Shown piece after piece: positions 13,893-28,553 of a stretch of DNA of 64,000 nucleotides. The notes below the pieces were generated by a model, which had not been told where the DNA came from, made no database searches, and saw only the letters and a list, made by a program, of their open reading frames with translations. This DNA is from Octopus sinensis. Taxonomy: Eukaryota. Made by a program: the position numbers and the translations under genes. Where the stretch lies: the NCBI RefSeq assembly GCF_006345805.1, contig NC_042998.1, forward strand, positions 88,412,001 through 88,476,000, in the 5' to 3' direction. Positions within the stretch are counted from its first letter, which is position 1, and each line of letters begins with the position of its first letter.

Positions 13893-14051
13893 AGTTACTT
13901 ATATGACCGGTCATAGAGTAACCAGTGGTTTCGCATCAATAAATAGAAGACTCGTCAGATGTCCATTGGTGTCTAACGAGTCATCTAATAGGCTAAGCAC
14001 TTTATAGATGCGAAGCCAATGGTCACTCTATGGGCGGTCATATAAGTAACT
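13893..14051. mobile_element. palindromic PLE-derived element with two head-to-head hammerhead motifs
   Basis: The arms are reverse complements; the minus arm reads CTGACGA-stem II-GAAA-CCACTGG-TT and the plus arm CTAACGA-(CATCTA/TAGATG)-GAAG-CCAATGG-TC-ACTCT. Confidence 0.7.
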
Positions 14052-15358
14052 TTATGTAGATATGTGTATATATATATAGAAAGAAAAATAGTAAGAAAGA
14101 AAGGGAAAGAAGAAAAGAAAAAAGGGAAAGAAATATGTGTAAATGTGTAAATGAGCTCATATAATTAAGTGTGGGTATTATGTTTCACAAAACTGTTAAA
14201 GTTCGGTAATATTTTCTCAATCTTTTCAAATAGCTAAATGTTTATTATTTGAAGGCATAGGTCGTTTTCATGACTTCAAATTTAAAACATCTTGATCTAC
14301 TAGAGTATCCGATGAAGGTGAATAGAAACAATACTGCTAATAAGACTCATTCAATAAAATGTAACTTTCATTACAGTTCCATTATAAGCTAGCACTGATA
14401 ACCTATTACAAAAATCATTAAATCACAAGCCTTATGTCACTAGCCTGGCATCAATTTTATAAAATTCTGAAGACCAATATAATTTACAAATTGACATGTA
14501 ACTATGAAAATTATAAACTTGGTAGCTTTAAATAACATTCCATTGAACACTTTCTTGTTGGTTGATCATACATGGACAGTAATGAGCTATTGTGGTACAT
14601 CACATCGCTCAATGTAAAAATAAAACTATTTAGAAAAAACATTATTTGATAATACAACTATCTCATATAAAATAGTTTAAATAACGGATGATTAATTATA
14701 AAATGTATAAAGAAAATAGTTGATTAATTATAAAGCTTCACATAACGTATAACTCGACACAAAGATAGCATGTCCTAATATCAAACTAATACCACACACG
14801 CTATAGCTTAACTATTTCCTTACTGCTGAAAGAACCCTGACGCCAATGGTCAGAAGTCTTGAAGTTCGGTGAGAACGAATGCGAAATAGACACAACATCG
14901 TTCTTACAAACTAATGAGGGAACATCTATGTGGTCCCATATTTGCTAGAAATACTAGTCAAATTGCATTCAAATAACAAACGACCGTATTTTAAATTAAT
15001 ACATTTTAATTAACGTAATCCTAGATACCGAGAAAAAGTGGAATGATCATGGCTAAGGTATCTTTAATAATGGGTCCGTTCGGTCACAATTGATCAAGGA
15101 CTAAACAAAAACATCGTTTGTCCAAGACAATGTGAAAGCTTCTATGTGATAAATTAACCTGCAAGAAATAGCAACCAAATACCTTTCAAATGACATTCTA
15201 CAATCTTAAAAAAAGAGGAGATACATTGTATGATGCAGTCCCAGGTACACCATCCTAGAAAACAGAAGTGGCCACGGCTTGAGTAATAACTACGTCGATA
15301 CTTCCCAGTTACGCTTTCATTTCATGCATACATACAAAGTTACATATATACATATATA

Positions 15359-15390
<32 letters not shown>

Positions 15391-15525
15391 CATATGTATA
15401 TAGTTTATAGATTAGAGACAGGTATTCTCTATATAGAATACACTTCGTAGTGCTCAAGAGATTTGAACTTCAGCAGGTAGTAAATGTAAGGACAAGCAAG
15501 TTAGGCAAGTCAATATACAAAAAAT

Positions 15526-15740
15526 ATTCTTTTCTATTCTAGGCACAAGGCCCGAAATTTTGGTGGAGGGGGCCAGTCGATTAGATCGACACCAGTGTGC
15601 AACTGGTACTTAGTTTATCGACACAGAAAGGATGAAAGGCAAAGTCGACCTCGGCGGAATTTGAACTCAGAACTTAACGGCAGACGAAATACCGCTACGC
15701 ATTTCGCCCGGCGTGCTAACGTTTCTGCCAGCTCGCCGCC
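15526..15740 (-). mobile_element. tRNA-derived SINE family B with 15-bp TSD
   Basis: Reverse complement of GGCGGCGAGCTGGCAGAAACGTTAGCACGCCGGGCG...GACTTTGCCTTTCATCCTTTC...; flanked by ATATACAAAAAATAT / ATATACACAAAATAT. Confidence 0.85.
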
Positions 15741-15799
15741 ATATACACAAAATATAAAGTACATTTAATACAAAAAATGTGTATATGTATACATATAAA

Positions 15800-15919
15800 A
15801 AAAGTCCGACTTATGGTTCAGAGTTCAGTCCCACTATGTGGCACCTCCTTAGGCAAGTATCCTTCTACTATAACTTCCGACCAACCCAAAACTTGTGGAC
15901 AGAAACTGAAAGACTGTCG

Positions 15920-16004
<85 letters not shown>

Positions 16005-16222
16005 GTGTGTGTGTGTCTTTGTGCCTGTGTTTGTTCCCCACCATCGCTCGCCAACCGTTATTGGTGTCTATGTAACTTAGCGGTTCAGCAAACGAGAACC
16101 GGTGAAATAAATACCAGGCTTTAAAAACCAGTAAGTACTGGGGTCGATTTCTTCGCCTAAAATTCCTCAATGCAGTGCCCCAGCATGACCGCAGTCTAAT
16201 GATTGAAACAAACAAAAGAAGG
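15800..16222 (+). mobile_element. SINE family A (diverged)
   Basis: Head remnant, internal (TA)n, and tail GCAGTGCCCCAGCATGACCGCAGTCTAATGATTGAAAC. Confidence 0.75.
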
Positions 16223-16346
16223 CGCACACATACACACACACATATACACGCACACACACACACGCACATATACACGCACACACACACGCACACATACACG
16301 CACACACACACACATACATACATACATACATACATACATACATACA

Positions 16347-16419
<73 letters not shown>

Positions 16420-16620
16420 GTATATATATATACGTGTGTGTGTGAATAATTTCGCATACACGTATACCACTCGATAATATCTTGGAGCATGGCTAACCGT
16501 TTTTAGTTCTGATTGGAATCTCATTTGTTTGACTTCCTAGATAACATGATTGTCAGTGACAGTGATTGAAGTAATTTATTCATATACTAAATAATCGATT
16601 TTTAACCTTTTGAATATTCA

Positions 16621-16684
<64 letters not shown>

Positions 16685-16893
16685 TATTATGCATGTGTGT
16701 ATGTGTCTGTGTATGAGTGTGGGTGATGTATGTGCATCTGTGCTCTTGCCTATTCTGGTATGAATATGAATGATGGACGTTAAGTATTGCCATCTAGATT
16801 GGAACAAATTATATTGTATGGATGAAATAAAAAATGCTGATTTGTTTGAGTCAAAGAGTTAATAAAGTCAGCAAAGTTATATATATATATATA

Positions 16894-16929
<36 letters not shown>

Positions 16930-19900
16930 CATACATATAGTTGTTCGTACAAAATAGTTTCTGTTTTAAAATAGTTACATAGTGGTTTACAATTCTGTAA
17001 CTAAAACAATTCATTCAGATTGTTTTGTGTGGATGTTGTTGATATCTTAGTATCGTGATATCCCAGAATCACAAATATACGTACTTTCATTTTTCACATC
17101 TGATGTTTCATAACAAATGCTGAAGGGTCTAAGAAGAAAAATACTGTGTAACGAGTAAGCGCGAGTTGGGTCACAACCAAACGCTGTGAAGAATGAGATC
17201 CATTGTTGACAGCAAAAGAAGAGTAAGAATAAGATCAAACATATTTTTCTAACAATGTTGATCTTAGTTAATTATTCTAATTTTATGGGCAAAATCAAAA
17301 TTACCGTCGGATTAAATATCTAAATAATTTGTCTGTACGAATCTGATGCAAGTGTTTCTATGTTCTTCTGGGCAGAAAACTTAACATTGTTTTGCATCAC
17401 TTCACCTAGCGATGAGTAAATAACTCCCAGAACTTCTTGGGTAAATTTTGTGTTCCGTCCTTACTAATTGGTCGAAAAGACTCAGTAGGTATGTAAATCA
17501 AGTTAAAAAATCTGCCACTAGCGCTTTGGGATTGTTGCTGATGAGAGTGTCGTTGTCATTGCTGTTGTTGTTAGGCCCAAAGTCGTTTCTAACTGAGCCT
17601 AACAATATAAATAAAATGGGTCTAATCTGATCAGAAGCAGTCCAGCCGACATCATTCCATTTTCGGGCGACTAACTAGGAGGGTATTTCCTATTTTTAAG
17701 ACGGTAGTGAGTGATTTGAGGGAAATTTGGTTACTATTTCTATAAATTCGATTTACAGTATAGGAACGTTTTAAATGGTTTGATGATGTTACATTGTATT
17801 TAAAGGTATGATAATTTTACCCAATACTCGACCGAATCTGGAAATATTCGGCTTCAGAATAAGAGCTGCTAGTTTACTGTGTCTATTTTGTCGGATTAAA
17901 TATCTAAATAGCTTACTTCGTCAGTATGAATCTGTTGCAAGTGTTTCTATGTTCTTCTATCTTTTAACTTTCGATGAATTAAGTACCAGTTCTGGGGATC
18001 GATTGAAAGGACTAATCCGTTCTTCTGATATTTCAGGACTTATGACTGTATAAGAAATTATTATAGTCATTATGTTCATTATTGTCATTAAAGTTGTCAT
18101 CGTTATAATCATCACCATCTACATTAGCAATATACGTCTACGGTTATGATTGCCTGACTACAACCCCCAAAATCATGGAACATAACTCTTCTTTATCTAT
18201 ACAGCAATTATATCAACTACGAATCCGGAAGAAACTACAGTAAATTTTACATATCACACTCAACCATTTCTATCAACACTCTAAAACTACATTAAAGTAA
18301 AAAGAAAAATTCTCACTCCTGTCATAATTTATAGAGGGGAGGAATGATGTTATGCATGTCATCTGATCTTTTCTTGGCGCATAAATAAAAGCAATTGGCT
18401 TTGAGCGAGCATCGAAACTAGGGCGATAACTAAATTTATTCACCACCTTAGTTCGTGTAATCTAAAAACAATTCTGCTTTCTAAGCTGATTAACAGATTT
18501 GGTTTGACAAAACAGTCGCTGTACGGTACTTCTATTAGTCTCTCAAATAACAAAACTTGTTTAATTAATTATTAATTTAATATTCCATCAAATTAAATAG
18601 ATGACTGTCAAATAGTTTACCAATATGACAATTTATGAGTCTCACCAACAGATGTTTCAGAAAATTCACGAAGTAAAAGTAGCAGCATACTGGAAAAAAA
18701 GAGCACTGATAAAATGTTTAATAAGCAAAACAACTTTTGCTTAGCGGCGTCAAGGCAGCGCTCATATAATTTTTCATGTCTTCTTGGGGTGATAACTTGA
18801 TGCAGTTGAGCTCAACTTGAACAGTGAGTGGCATAAAAATAGCTGCAATTGTAGGGTGGAAAAAATTAAATGTCTAGGCTTGGTAGGCAATATAGCAGGT
18901 CTGAAATCAAACGAGACAAGTATACTGTTTAAGAAACAATGATTGAACGATTCAGGCAGCGAATTCATAGAATCGTTAGAGTGTTAGACAGAACGATTCT
19001 CGGCCAAAGTCAACTTTGCTTTTCATCCTTTCAGGGGTCGATGAAAAAGTACCAATACAAGGTAGTGGTTTGGTAGAACTGTAAGAACGTCTGACAGGAT
19101 GCTCTGCGGAATTTGATCCGGCTCTTTGCCTTCTGACATCAAATTCCACCATTTCCAACTTGGGTGGCGGATTTAACCCATCGCCCGGCTTAACACCTTG
19201 GCTGCTTTAGCGGAGTCCACTCAGTTGCAAGCATTTGAGCCAAGTTTCCGGTTTTAGGATGCTTTCTTCATTCCCTCGCTCCCTATCACAAGAGTCGGAG
19301 GCTCTGTAACAGATCATGATCTTTGTCAGGATGCTTGAATTTCTATGTGTGTATATACACTTTAAAAAAGTTTAATCATTTATGTTATAGCTTATTACTA
19401 TTGATATTCTGGACTTGCTCTGAGTCATAAACTCAAGAATTTCTATGCCACATTGAACTGTGATAGTCGTTGGGTAGCCTAACTATTGGTAGTTAAGCAT
19501 GTGCAGTTTGCCTGCAATGCTAATATATGGGAAGAGATGACTACTAGCATGTCCACAAAAGACATTTATAAGATATTTAATTTTGACAGCTAAGCTTACC
19601 CAGAGTCCACCTGGAATAATTGATAACACAATCGTGAAGAAAGTGATAGATACATCGTTCATCTGCCGTAGTAGAATTTATTCTTTTACTGTCATAAGCT
19701 ACGCTTGTAGATTCTATTCAAATGCAACACACACAAGTACGCGCACACGCACACACACACACACACATTCATATAAACATACATACACAAAATTTATACT
19801 TGAAATGTCTTAACTACATGCATTATAAATAATATGTATATATAACCTATGTCATATATGATACGTACACGTGTTTGAATGAATATTTTTCATCGTTTAT

Positions 19901-20110
19901 CGTTTACTTGTTTCACTCATTAGACAGCGACCATGCTAGACCGCCGCCTCAAAGTACTTTTAGTTGAATGAATCAACCCCTGTACTTAATTTTTTGTTTA
20001 GCCTAGTACTTATTCTATCGGTCACTTTGCCGAACTCTGTCTGAAGGAGTGACCGAACATATTTACCTGCTTGTTTATATGTGCATGCATGTGTGAATAG
20101 ATAGATAGAT

Positions 20111-20195
<85 letters not shown>

Positions 20196-20274
20196 TACAA
20201 CCACACTCACATGTATATACATACACTATATACATATATAAATACATATATATATATACACGCACATATGCATG

Positions 20275-20329
<55 letters not shown>

Positions 20330-20709
20330 ATGTATGCATATAAATGTGTGAGAGAGAGAATATATGTGTGCGTATGTGTGTGTATGTGTGTGTTGTGAGG
20401 ATGTATATATGTATACAAATATACACATACATACACATATATACGTGCATACATACATACATACATACATACATACATACATACATACATACATACATAC
20501 ATACATACATACATACATACATACAAATGAATAAATATAAAAGAAGAAAGCGGAAACGATTATTGACTTAACAGACAATTACGAAACCGCAGTGATTAGA
20601 GCAGACATAAAGAAAAAAGAAAGTATAGGGTGACAGAGGGGATATAAGTGGGGTAAGAGATCTCGATAAAGAAACAGAAAGAGTAAAAGGAAGAGGGGGA
20701 GGAGGAGGA

Positions 20710-20851
20710 GAAGAAGAAGAAGAAGAAAAGAAGAAGAAGAAGAAGAAGAAGAAGAAGAAGAAGAAGAAGAAGAAGAAGAAGAAGAAGAAGAAGAAGAAGA
20801 AGAAGAAGAAGAAGAAGAAGAAGAAGAAGAAGAAGAAGAAGAAGAAGAAGA
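20710..20851. repeat. (GAA)n microsatellite
   Basis: Direct reading; similar tract at 49215-49327. Confidence 0.95.
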
Positions 20852-21228
20852 AATAGAGAGGAAAATAAAAACAGAACGACTGATACAAATAGTCTCACAA
20901 TCAGTCAGGCAGACAAGCCGACACACAGGTTCTAATTTCTTAGCATCTTTCAGTAGGAAATATATAACAAAAGCTAAAAAGATCATGTCTGTATACCTCC
21001 ATCACATCCACCAAGCTGCACAGCGACTAAACTTGCCAACTTTACTCGGTTATTAAAGTCTCATTATTTTCTTTCTGTTGTCTGTCTGTTGGATACAATT
21101 GTTCTATTCCAAGAAATTATAAGCACCACCGCCACCACCAACACCACTTCCCACTACTACCTGTGCATTTTTATGTTTATTTACGTGCGTGTATTTTACG
21201 TTCTCTTTCTTTCTGCTTTTATTTCGAA

Positions 21229-21268
<40 letters not shown>

Positions 21269-21481
21269 CATCGTTATTGTTTTTGATGCCGTTGTTTGTT
21301 ACGTTTTATTTCTAAAAGGTTTTCTATCTTTGATTTAATTCTCATTGTTTCACTACAAGAAAGCAGCTATTCGTCCCAGAAATAAAGAAAATTGTATGAA
21401 GCTTGATCAAATTAGTTAATCTCTCTATTTGAAACTGCAGATTACGACTCTTACATTCGATTCTTTTATATACATATATAT

Positions 21482-21549
<68 letters not shown>

Positions 21550-21569
21550 ATATATATATATATATATAA

Positions 21570-21607
<38 letters not shown>

Positions 21608-21980
21608 TGTTGTCTGCCTTTTCTTTTTCTTTCTCTCCATATACGTGGATGTATGTATACACATACATACATATATACATACATGCGCATACATACAGGT
21701 ACATACATAGATGTGGGGGGAGGCGTCATTTAGTTTAAAGACAAGCGTTGCTGATCATTAAACGCTATTTTTATTTAATCAATTTCGACTCAAACTTTAT
21801 ATAAATTTAATGCTTTTGTTTGTTTTTGTTTTTTTCATTAATTTAAATGATCTATGTTCACACATTAATTGTTGATAACTTTAATTTAGCCAAAGGAAAA
21901 CATATTATTGAAATTAAGACTATTTTGTTTAACAATTTAAGAATATTTTAGAAAAATATTTAAGAATATTTTAGAAAAAT

Positions 21981-22190
21981 AAGGCGGCGTGCTGGCAGGA
22001 AAGTCAGCACGCCGGGCGAAATGCTTAGCGGCATTTCGTCTGTCTTTATGTTCTGAGTTCAAATTCCGCCGAGGCTGATTTATCCTTTCGAGGTCGATAA
22101 GTTAAGTACCAGTTACGTACTGGGGTCGATCTAATCGACTGGCCTCCTCCCACAAAATTTCGGGTCTTGTTCCTAGAGTGGAAAAGAGTA
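21981..22190 (+). mobile_element. SINE family B
   Basis: Matches 15526-15740 and 46472-46696; flanked by a diverged AAGAATATTTTAGAAAAATA-like duplication. Confidence 0.85.
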
Positions 22191-22224
22191 TTTTGGAAAA
22201 ATATCTTTATTTTGATATTTGATT

Positions 22225-22400
22225 TATGTGTGGCCTGGTGGTTAGGATGTTACTCTCATGACTGCGCGATCGTGATTTCGATTCCAAGACCGGCGGTGCG
22301 GTGTGTTCTCGAACACCTCACTGCACTCTACTCAACAATAAATGGGTAATTCCGCGACGGACTGATGTTTTGTTCAGGGACAAATGTTGTCCTGTCTGAC
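22225..22400 (+). mobile_element. tRNA/CORE-type SINE fragment
   Basis: TGGCCTGGTGGTTAGG...TTCGATTCC head, GTGTTCTCGAACAC CORE-like segment and GCGACGGACTG segment. Confidence 0.6.
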
Positions 22401-24156
22401 CAGCCGCTGGAGTGGCATCATTCGAAAGCATATAACAATGCGAGGTAGTACATTTGGACCAGCGGTGTATAAGAACATCCGATAGTTTGGCCAATGCAGT
22501 GGTTTCATAATATATTCCGTGTAACATAAACTATTCATAATTCTGTAATTATATTCTAAGCTCTGCTGAGTTGGATAAACGTAAAGCTTATCATCAGCCA
22601 TGCAATCGGGTATTTTCCAACTACGTAACTTGAAATATATTCTTTGAGCAATAGCAGCAAAAGCTGCACATTCAAAAACTGCTGCTCACCGTGCTGTGTG
22701 TGCATTTTCAATGAGACTATCAAATATTCTGACCGTTCGCAACCAGAATAACCGAAATAATTTGTTTTTTAATTACTGTAAGGTGGATGGGTCGATAGAT
22801 TCATTGATTGCTCGTACGGAACCTGAAAATGAGCGCTGTTGACATTTTAAACATAGATCTGAAGAAATACATTAGAATATTGATAACATTATCAACAAAA
22901 TTCGACTAAAGAAGTTTGAGTTTGTGGGACGCTGTATTCTTTAAAATCGCTGTTCATTTCTTAGAATAAAAATAGTTACAATGACCTCTCTGAATTCACT
23001 TCGTCTAAGAACTTGTGACTCTGAATCCGTCCAACTGGTCAAAGGGCCATTGAGTCAGACAAAAGGACACGGTCATGGTTTGAAACTATTTGTCTGTTTG
23101 GGATAAAGTCATGGTTCGGACATCCACGACCAGAAATGGTGTCGGTTTCACAAATCAGATCTGGAAAATGACTATGCTTGATATTCAGAGTCATTTAAGA
23201 CCGTAATTTTTCTTCCTCCTCTTTTTTTTTTATTTTTTATTTTTACATTTTCTCTCAGCATGATAACAACTTGTAGCATACGGAAGTAATGATCAGCGAA
23301 TCCATCAAAAGCAACAAACTCCGAATGCTGCAGTGACCGGTACAATTCTTAGAATTAAATCCGAAAAGACAATGAAAACACAAACTTTAAAGAAATGGGT
23401 CATCCTGAGTGCAAGAAAAGAAATACATTATATTGAGTGAATTGTATGATGATATGGTCTGAAAATGGATGGAAATTCCAAACAATGTGAACATCAAAAT
23501 TATAGATCCAATGCTTCAGAGGTATGATTCTTTTATGAGAAATTGTTGGTAAGCGACGAACTGTTAGTGTCATAAGAGCTTCTTCTCGAGATATAATGGC
23601 CATATTCCATTTTGTTGCGAAAATTATGTTCTAAATCTTCGCAAATTAAGCAACGTTCAATTTTGTTGTGTTAGTGATACTGTCAATAATTACATAAGGC
23701 TAATTTAAATTTTTCGATTTAAATTTACATCACTTAAAAAATTGAAAAACGCACACTCTCTTTCTTTTCATATGCATAGTTTGAATAATGATTAAATAAA
23801 CGGAAATAATTAACATCTAATCATCAGAATAGTCATGTCTTTAAACTAAGTGATGCCACTCTTGAGTGTGCACGTGTGTGTGTGGTTGTATGTGCTTGTA
23901 TTAATACTTATATGTATTTATGCAGGTGTCTATATATATGTTTATATGTGTGTATATATATGTGTATGTGTGTGTGTATGTAATCATATGTGATAATTGT
24001 GTATGTATATAGGTACATATACATACACACACATGTAAACTCACATGTGCGCGCGTACACATGCATATAACACTCGTGTGTGTATATGAATGAATGCGTT
24101 TGCATTTTATGATTTTACGTTTAAAAGCGTTTATGTATGTGTGTGTGTGTATGTGT

Positions 24157-24212
<56 letters not shown>

Positions 24213-24610
24213 TGTGTGTGTGTGTGTGAGTGTGTGTGTGTGAGTGTGCATATGTGTATTATATTCTTATTAATAATCTGTTGGAATTAATATATAGTCA
24301 GTCTGTCTAGACTTCAAGAATAGGCAGCAACCATAAGAGTGTTGAGATATTCAGGTTAATCAGCAGCAGTAACCTGGTCTTAAGATACGGAACGATACAT
24401 TCTCCACCAGTGGTTGCCAAACAACAGATCTCATTAGGGGTAGCTGAACATTTATGCTTATTTTCTTAGCTCGTGAAACTACCCATTAATTTTTCGAACC
24501 ATATTCCATACTCGACCTGCTGGAAATATCAACTAAATGTCTCTCATGTCTCTCAGTTGTTACTGTCTTAAGAATGTGATGCACTGAACGATGAAATAAG
24601 GCTGCAATTG

Positions 24611-24905
24611 AAAGCGCCTGGCTTAGTGGTTAGGGTACTCGGCTCACGATCGCAAGGTGAGTTCGATTCCTGGTGGTGTGCTGTGTCCTTGAACAAAAAC
24701 TTTTACTTCCTCTTGTTCTAGTTCACTCACTTGGCAAAAATGAGTAGTACTTGTATTTCAAAGAGCCAGCCTTGTCATATTCGGTGTCACGCTGAATCTC
24801 CCTGAGAACTACGTTAAGGGTACGTGTTTCTGTGGAATGCTCAGCCACTAGCATGTAAATTTCACGAGCACGCCGAACCTTTGTCGTCGTAACCGACGGA
24901 GGGCC
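24611..24905 (+). mobile_element. tRNA/CORE-type SINE inserted in a family D repeat
   Basis: TGGCTTAGTGGTTAGG (A box), GTTCGATTCC (B box) and GTGTCCTTGAACAAAAAC (CORE-like); family D sequence on both sides. Confidence 0.75.
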
Positions 24906-25229
24906 AGTTTTCATTCTTTCTTTAAGACTACATGCACAAAAACGAATTGCTTATAGATCTTAAGATTAGATCATAAGATTAATCGACCTGGGCTGATTTG
25001 GGATATACAACTTCAACAATATCATCGTCAGCATCTTCATCAACAACATCCCATTAATGGTGAGAAAGACTTTCCGCTAATCGATCGCCCATTGCTTAAC
25101 AAAAACATAGATTTGATAAAACTGAAATACAGTTTTAATATTTTATTCCAATTTTTTCAATAATTGAAAATTAATAGACAGGTTATATTATTTCCAAGTG
25201 GATTCTTTTATTTTCTTTCCATTCAGTAT

Positions 25230-25690
25230 CTATTCGTTTCATTCATTAGACTGCAGCCATGCTAGACAGCGGTCATGCTGGTCTGTGGCTATATTAAAGG
25301 ATTTAGTCAAACAAATCGACACCATTATCTATTTTTAAGTCTGGTATTAACTCTATCGGCCGCTTTTGCCGAACTGCTATGTTACAAGGGCGTGAACAAA
25401 CTAAACCAATTGTCAAACGGTGGGGTGACAAATACAAACACACACGCACACACATATAGACACATACACACGTATATACATACATATGTACACACATACA
25501 TACACACATACACACATACACACATGACAGTCTTCCATACAATTTCCATCTTCCAAATCTTCTCACATGGTATTTGTTGACCCGGGCTATAGTAGAAGAC
25601 ACTCGCCCAAGGTACTGCACAGTGGGACTGAACCTGAAACCACATAACTGCAAATCGAGCTCATTAACCACACAGCCACTCCTGCGCCCA
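25230..25690 (-). mobile_element. SINE family A
   Basis: Reverse complement of the full family A layout. Confidence 0.75.
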
Positions 25691-26280
25691 TATCGATAAC
25701 TTTTTTTTCAAAATCAGAAGAGTTATCATGGAGGAATATTTCAAGATCCTTGTTCTAGATAGGCAAGGTATATAGTCGTTGTGACTAGTCACAATATAAT
25801 TAGACACAGTGCTATTCCGCATCTACGTACGTATTTAAACTTATACTCAAAATCTCTTTAGATTAATTGTCATTATAATCTTAAAGAATTTCCAATTTTC
25901 TTGATTCTCATCTGAATTCGGATTGCTTACCATTCTACTTTCTTTTTATTATTACTAAAGAAATGCCCAAGTTAGGTAGAAAAGATTGATTACAATATTG
26001 TTTTGTCATTTAAAAAACAATTCTTTATTCTCGGTGCTACATTATTTAGTTTAAGTTCGTTTAGTAAATGTTGAGAGAATTTATTAGCTTTAACACACCA
26101 ACAATAACATTCTTCTTACAATGGCATATGAGTTAAAACTAACTAATAATGAAAGCGTTGAATTTTGAAATGGAGAGATAGAAAAGTCTGTTTCAATGTA
26201 GCATCTGCTGGATACTAAGAATATACATGCATATGTATGTATATTCAAATATATACAAACACACACACTCTCACACACAC

Positions 26281-26392
<112 letters not shown>

Positions 26393-26593
26393 ATACACAT
26401 ATATTTGTGTGTATGTGTATAAATGGGGAAGGCCGGTTTATAGGATTACCTTAGGTTTCCCGTCCATAAAGGGTTTAGCTTTATAGCGTATAGTCAGATC
26501 CCAAAACCTGTTGGCCCAGAGGTTTTATACTGCTCTATATCTTAGAGCGTGCTTCTTCTTTCGTGTTCAGGTTTTTTTACAGACGATATATCT

Positions 26594-26925
26594 GAGACCC
26601 CCTTCGGTCAGGACATAGACCATGGGATTGCACCTAGAAAGTTACCCTCTCAGGTACAAGTCCGAGCTAGGTTGTTTATGGAAGACCAGCAGTCGCCCAT
26701 GCATACTGGTTTCCCCTCTCCACGCCACCTGTGTCATCCAAGGGAAAGGCAAAGGCCGATACAGCTTGTGACGTCGCAACTCATTTCTACAGCGGAGTGA
26801 ACTGGAACAACGTGAAATAAAGTGTCTTGCTCAAGAACACAACACGCAATCCGGTCCGGGATTCGAGCTCTCAACCTCACGATCGTAAGCTCGACGCTCT
26901 AACCACTGAGCCATGCGCCTTCACA
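26594..26925 (-). mobile_element. tRNA/CORE-type SINE
   Basis: Minus strand: GGCGCATGGCTCAGTGGTTAGAGCG...CTCGAATCCCGG...GTGTTCTTGAGCAAGACACTT. Confidence 0.8.
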
Positions 26926-26929
26926 CAGA

Positions 26930-26986
<57 letters not shown>

Positions 26987-27017
26987 ATGATATGATATAA
27001 TATAATATATATATATC

Positions 27018-27065
<48 letters not shown>

Positions 27066-27099
27066 GTATGTATGTGTGTATGTATGTATATACATTTCA

Positions 27100-28205
27100 A
27101 TGAAAATCTGGAAAAGATCCATATTCTGCTTATACACTTCTGCATCTGTCGTCTCTTCAACCTACGTCGATTTACTGCCAATTCGAAAGTTTTACAATCT
27201 TTTATTCGTGACCTACTTTATATGGATTATTGCGACTTACTTGCTCATACATGGGGTGATATGCAAATTCTCATGTATCATACTTCTGCATCTTGCAAGG
27301 CATTTGGACAAGACTGTTGTAATATTCCAGTCTGCGCCAGGCAACCCGTATGCAAAACCAACTTTTATAATTGGAGGCACAGTACTGAAAGTAGTAGACA
27401 GGTTTATCAAGCTGGGCAACATACACATTGAATGATGAAATATCTTTAAGGCTTCAAGAGGCAATTGATTCTTTCAGGGCTCTTGGTTTTCGTATCTGAT
27501 CCCAACATAGCATCACAAGGCGAACAAAATTTGCTGTGATGTGCCGTGCGTGTACGCTGACGGCGCTCGTTTATTTATGTAAGACATAGGTCTTTTACAG
27601 GCATAATGTAAGTGTCCAGGAATGCTTCCAGCGGAGACGTGTGAAACACATCCTGTATGTTAGCTGGTCCATGCGGACTCCAGACACAGAGGCTTTGGGA
27701 TGAGCCAACATCATGAGCATTGAGGCATTGGCGCACAAGTAACGTTTACATTGGACTGGACGCTTTGTTCGGATGAAAGATTAGAAGATCTCTAAGCAGA
27801 TGCTATATAGCGAACTTCTTTCTTGAAAGCATCGCTAGCAGAAATCAAGACTACGATTTAAGGATTATTTAAAGTCCTCGTTTAAGGTATGTTCGATATG
27901 GGAGGTCAATATGGAAAGCAAAACTTGTCATCGCCACCAATGATAGAAACAAGTAAAAGAAGGAGTCGGTATTTTCGACAACAACATATATTTTTCATGC
28001 TGAATTGAAGCAAGCTGCGCGAAAACGCACTGCCAGTGGAATAAATGGGGCAAAATTGGTCTACAATATCTGTGAACATGTCTGTTTATGAAGTGCTGGA
28101 CTCATTAATCACCAGCAGCGCCACAAGTGTAAAGCATAAATTTGTCTGAGTGCACAATGGTCTTAATGGCTAGTGATGCTTCCTCGGTCAGGAGTTGACA
28201 GTCAT
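27100..28205 (+). mobile_element. decayed RTE-clade LINE (RT domain to C-terminal Zn finger)
   Basis: [36 protein letters not shown] resembles RTE LFNLRRL...IRELLFADDCALVAH; also LKVVDRF.KLG; many stops. Confidence 0.85.
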
Positions 28206-28337
28206 GAAATATATATATATTTATATAATGTCTATATATATATATATATATATGTGTGTATATATAAATATATGTGTGTGTGTGTGTATACACACACACA
28301 CACACACACACAAATATATATATATATATACATATAT

Positions 28338-28519
28338 GGTGGTTATCTACTCCTTATGCAGAGTTTGGCCACCTCCTGTACCTACACCTTAGCACCATCA
28401 TGGTATCTGATGTGGCTTTTTAAACAAGACAATGTTTTGAAAAGACATCCACATAGATTGCACCTCCGATTTGGACTACCAAGAGCTGCAGATAAATTCT
28501 GCTCTTTGTGGATCTTAAA

Positions 28520-28520
<1 letters not shown>
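28338..28520 (-). mobile_element. RTE-like LINE 3' end with C2H2 motif
   Basis: CNLCGCLFKTLSCLKSHIRYH followed by a stop and short 3' UTR; tail-to-tail with 27100-28205. Confidence 0.65.

Positions 28521-28553
<33 letters not shown>

Noticed and set aside
26850-26925. tRNA-like sequences (also about 24615, 39670, 1420)
   Set aside because: They continue into SINE bodies and lack a complete cloverleaf; these are SINE heads, not tRNA genes
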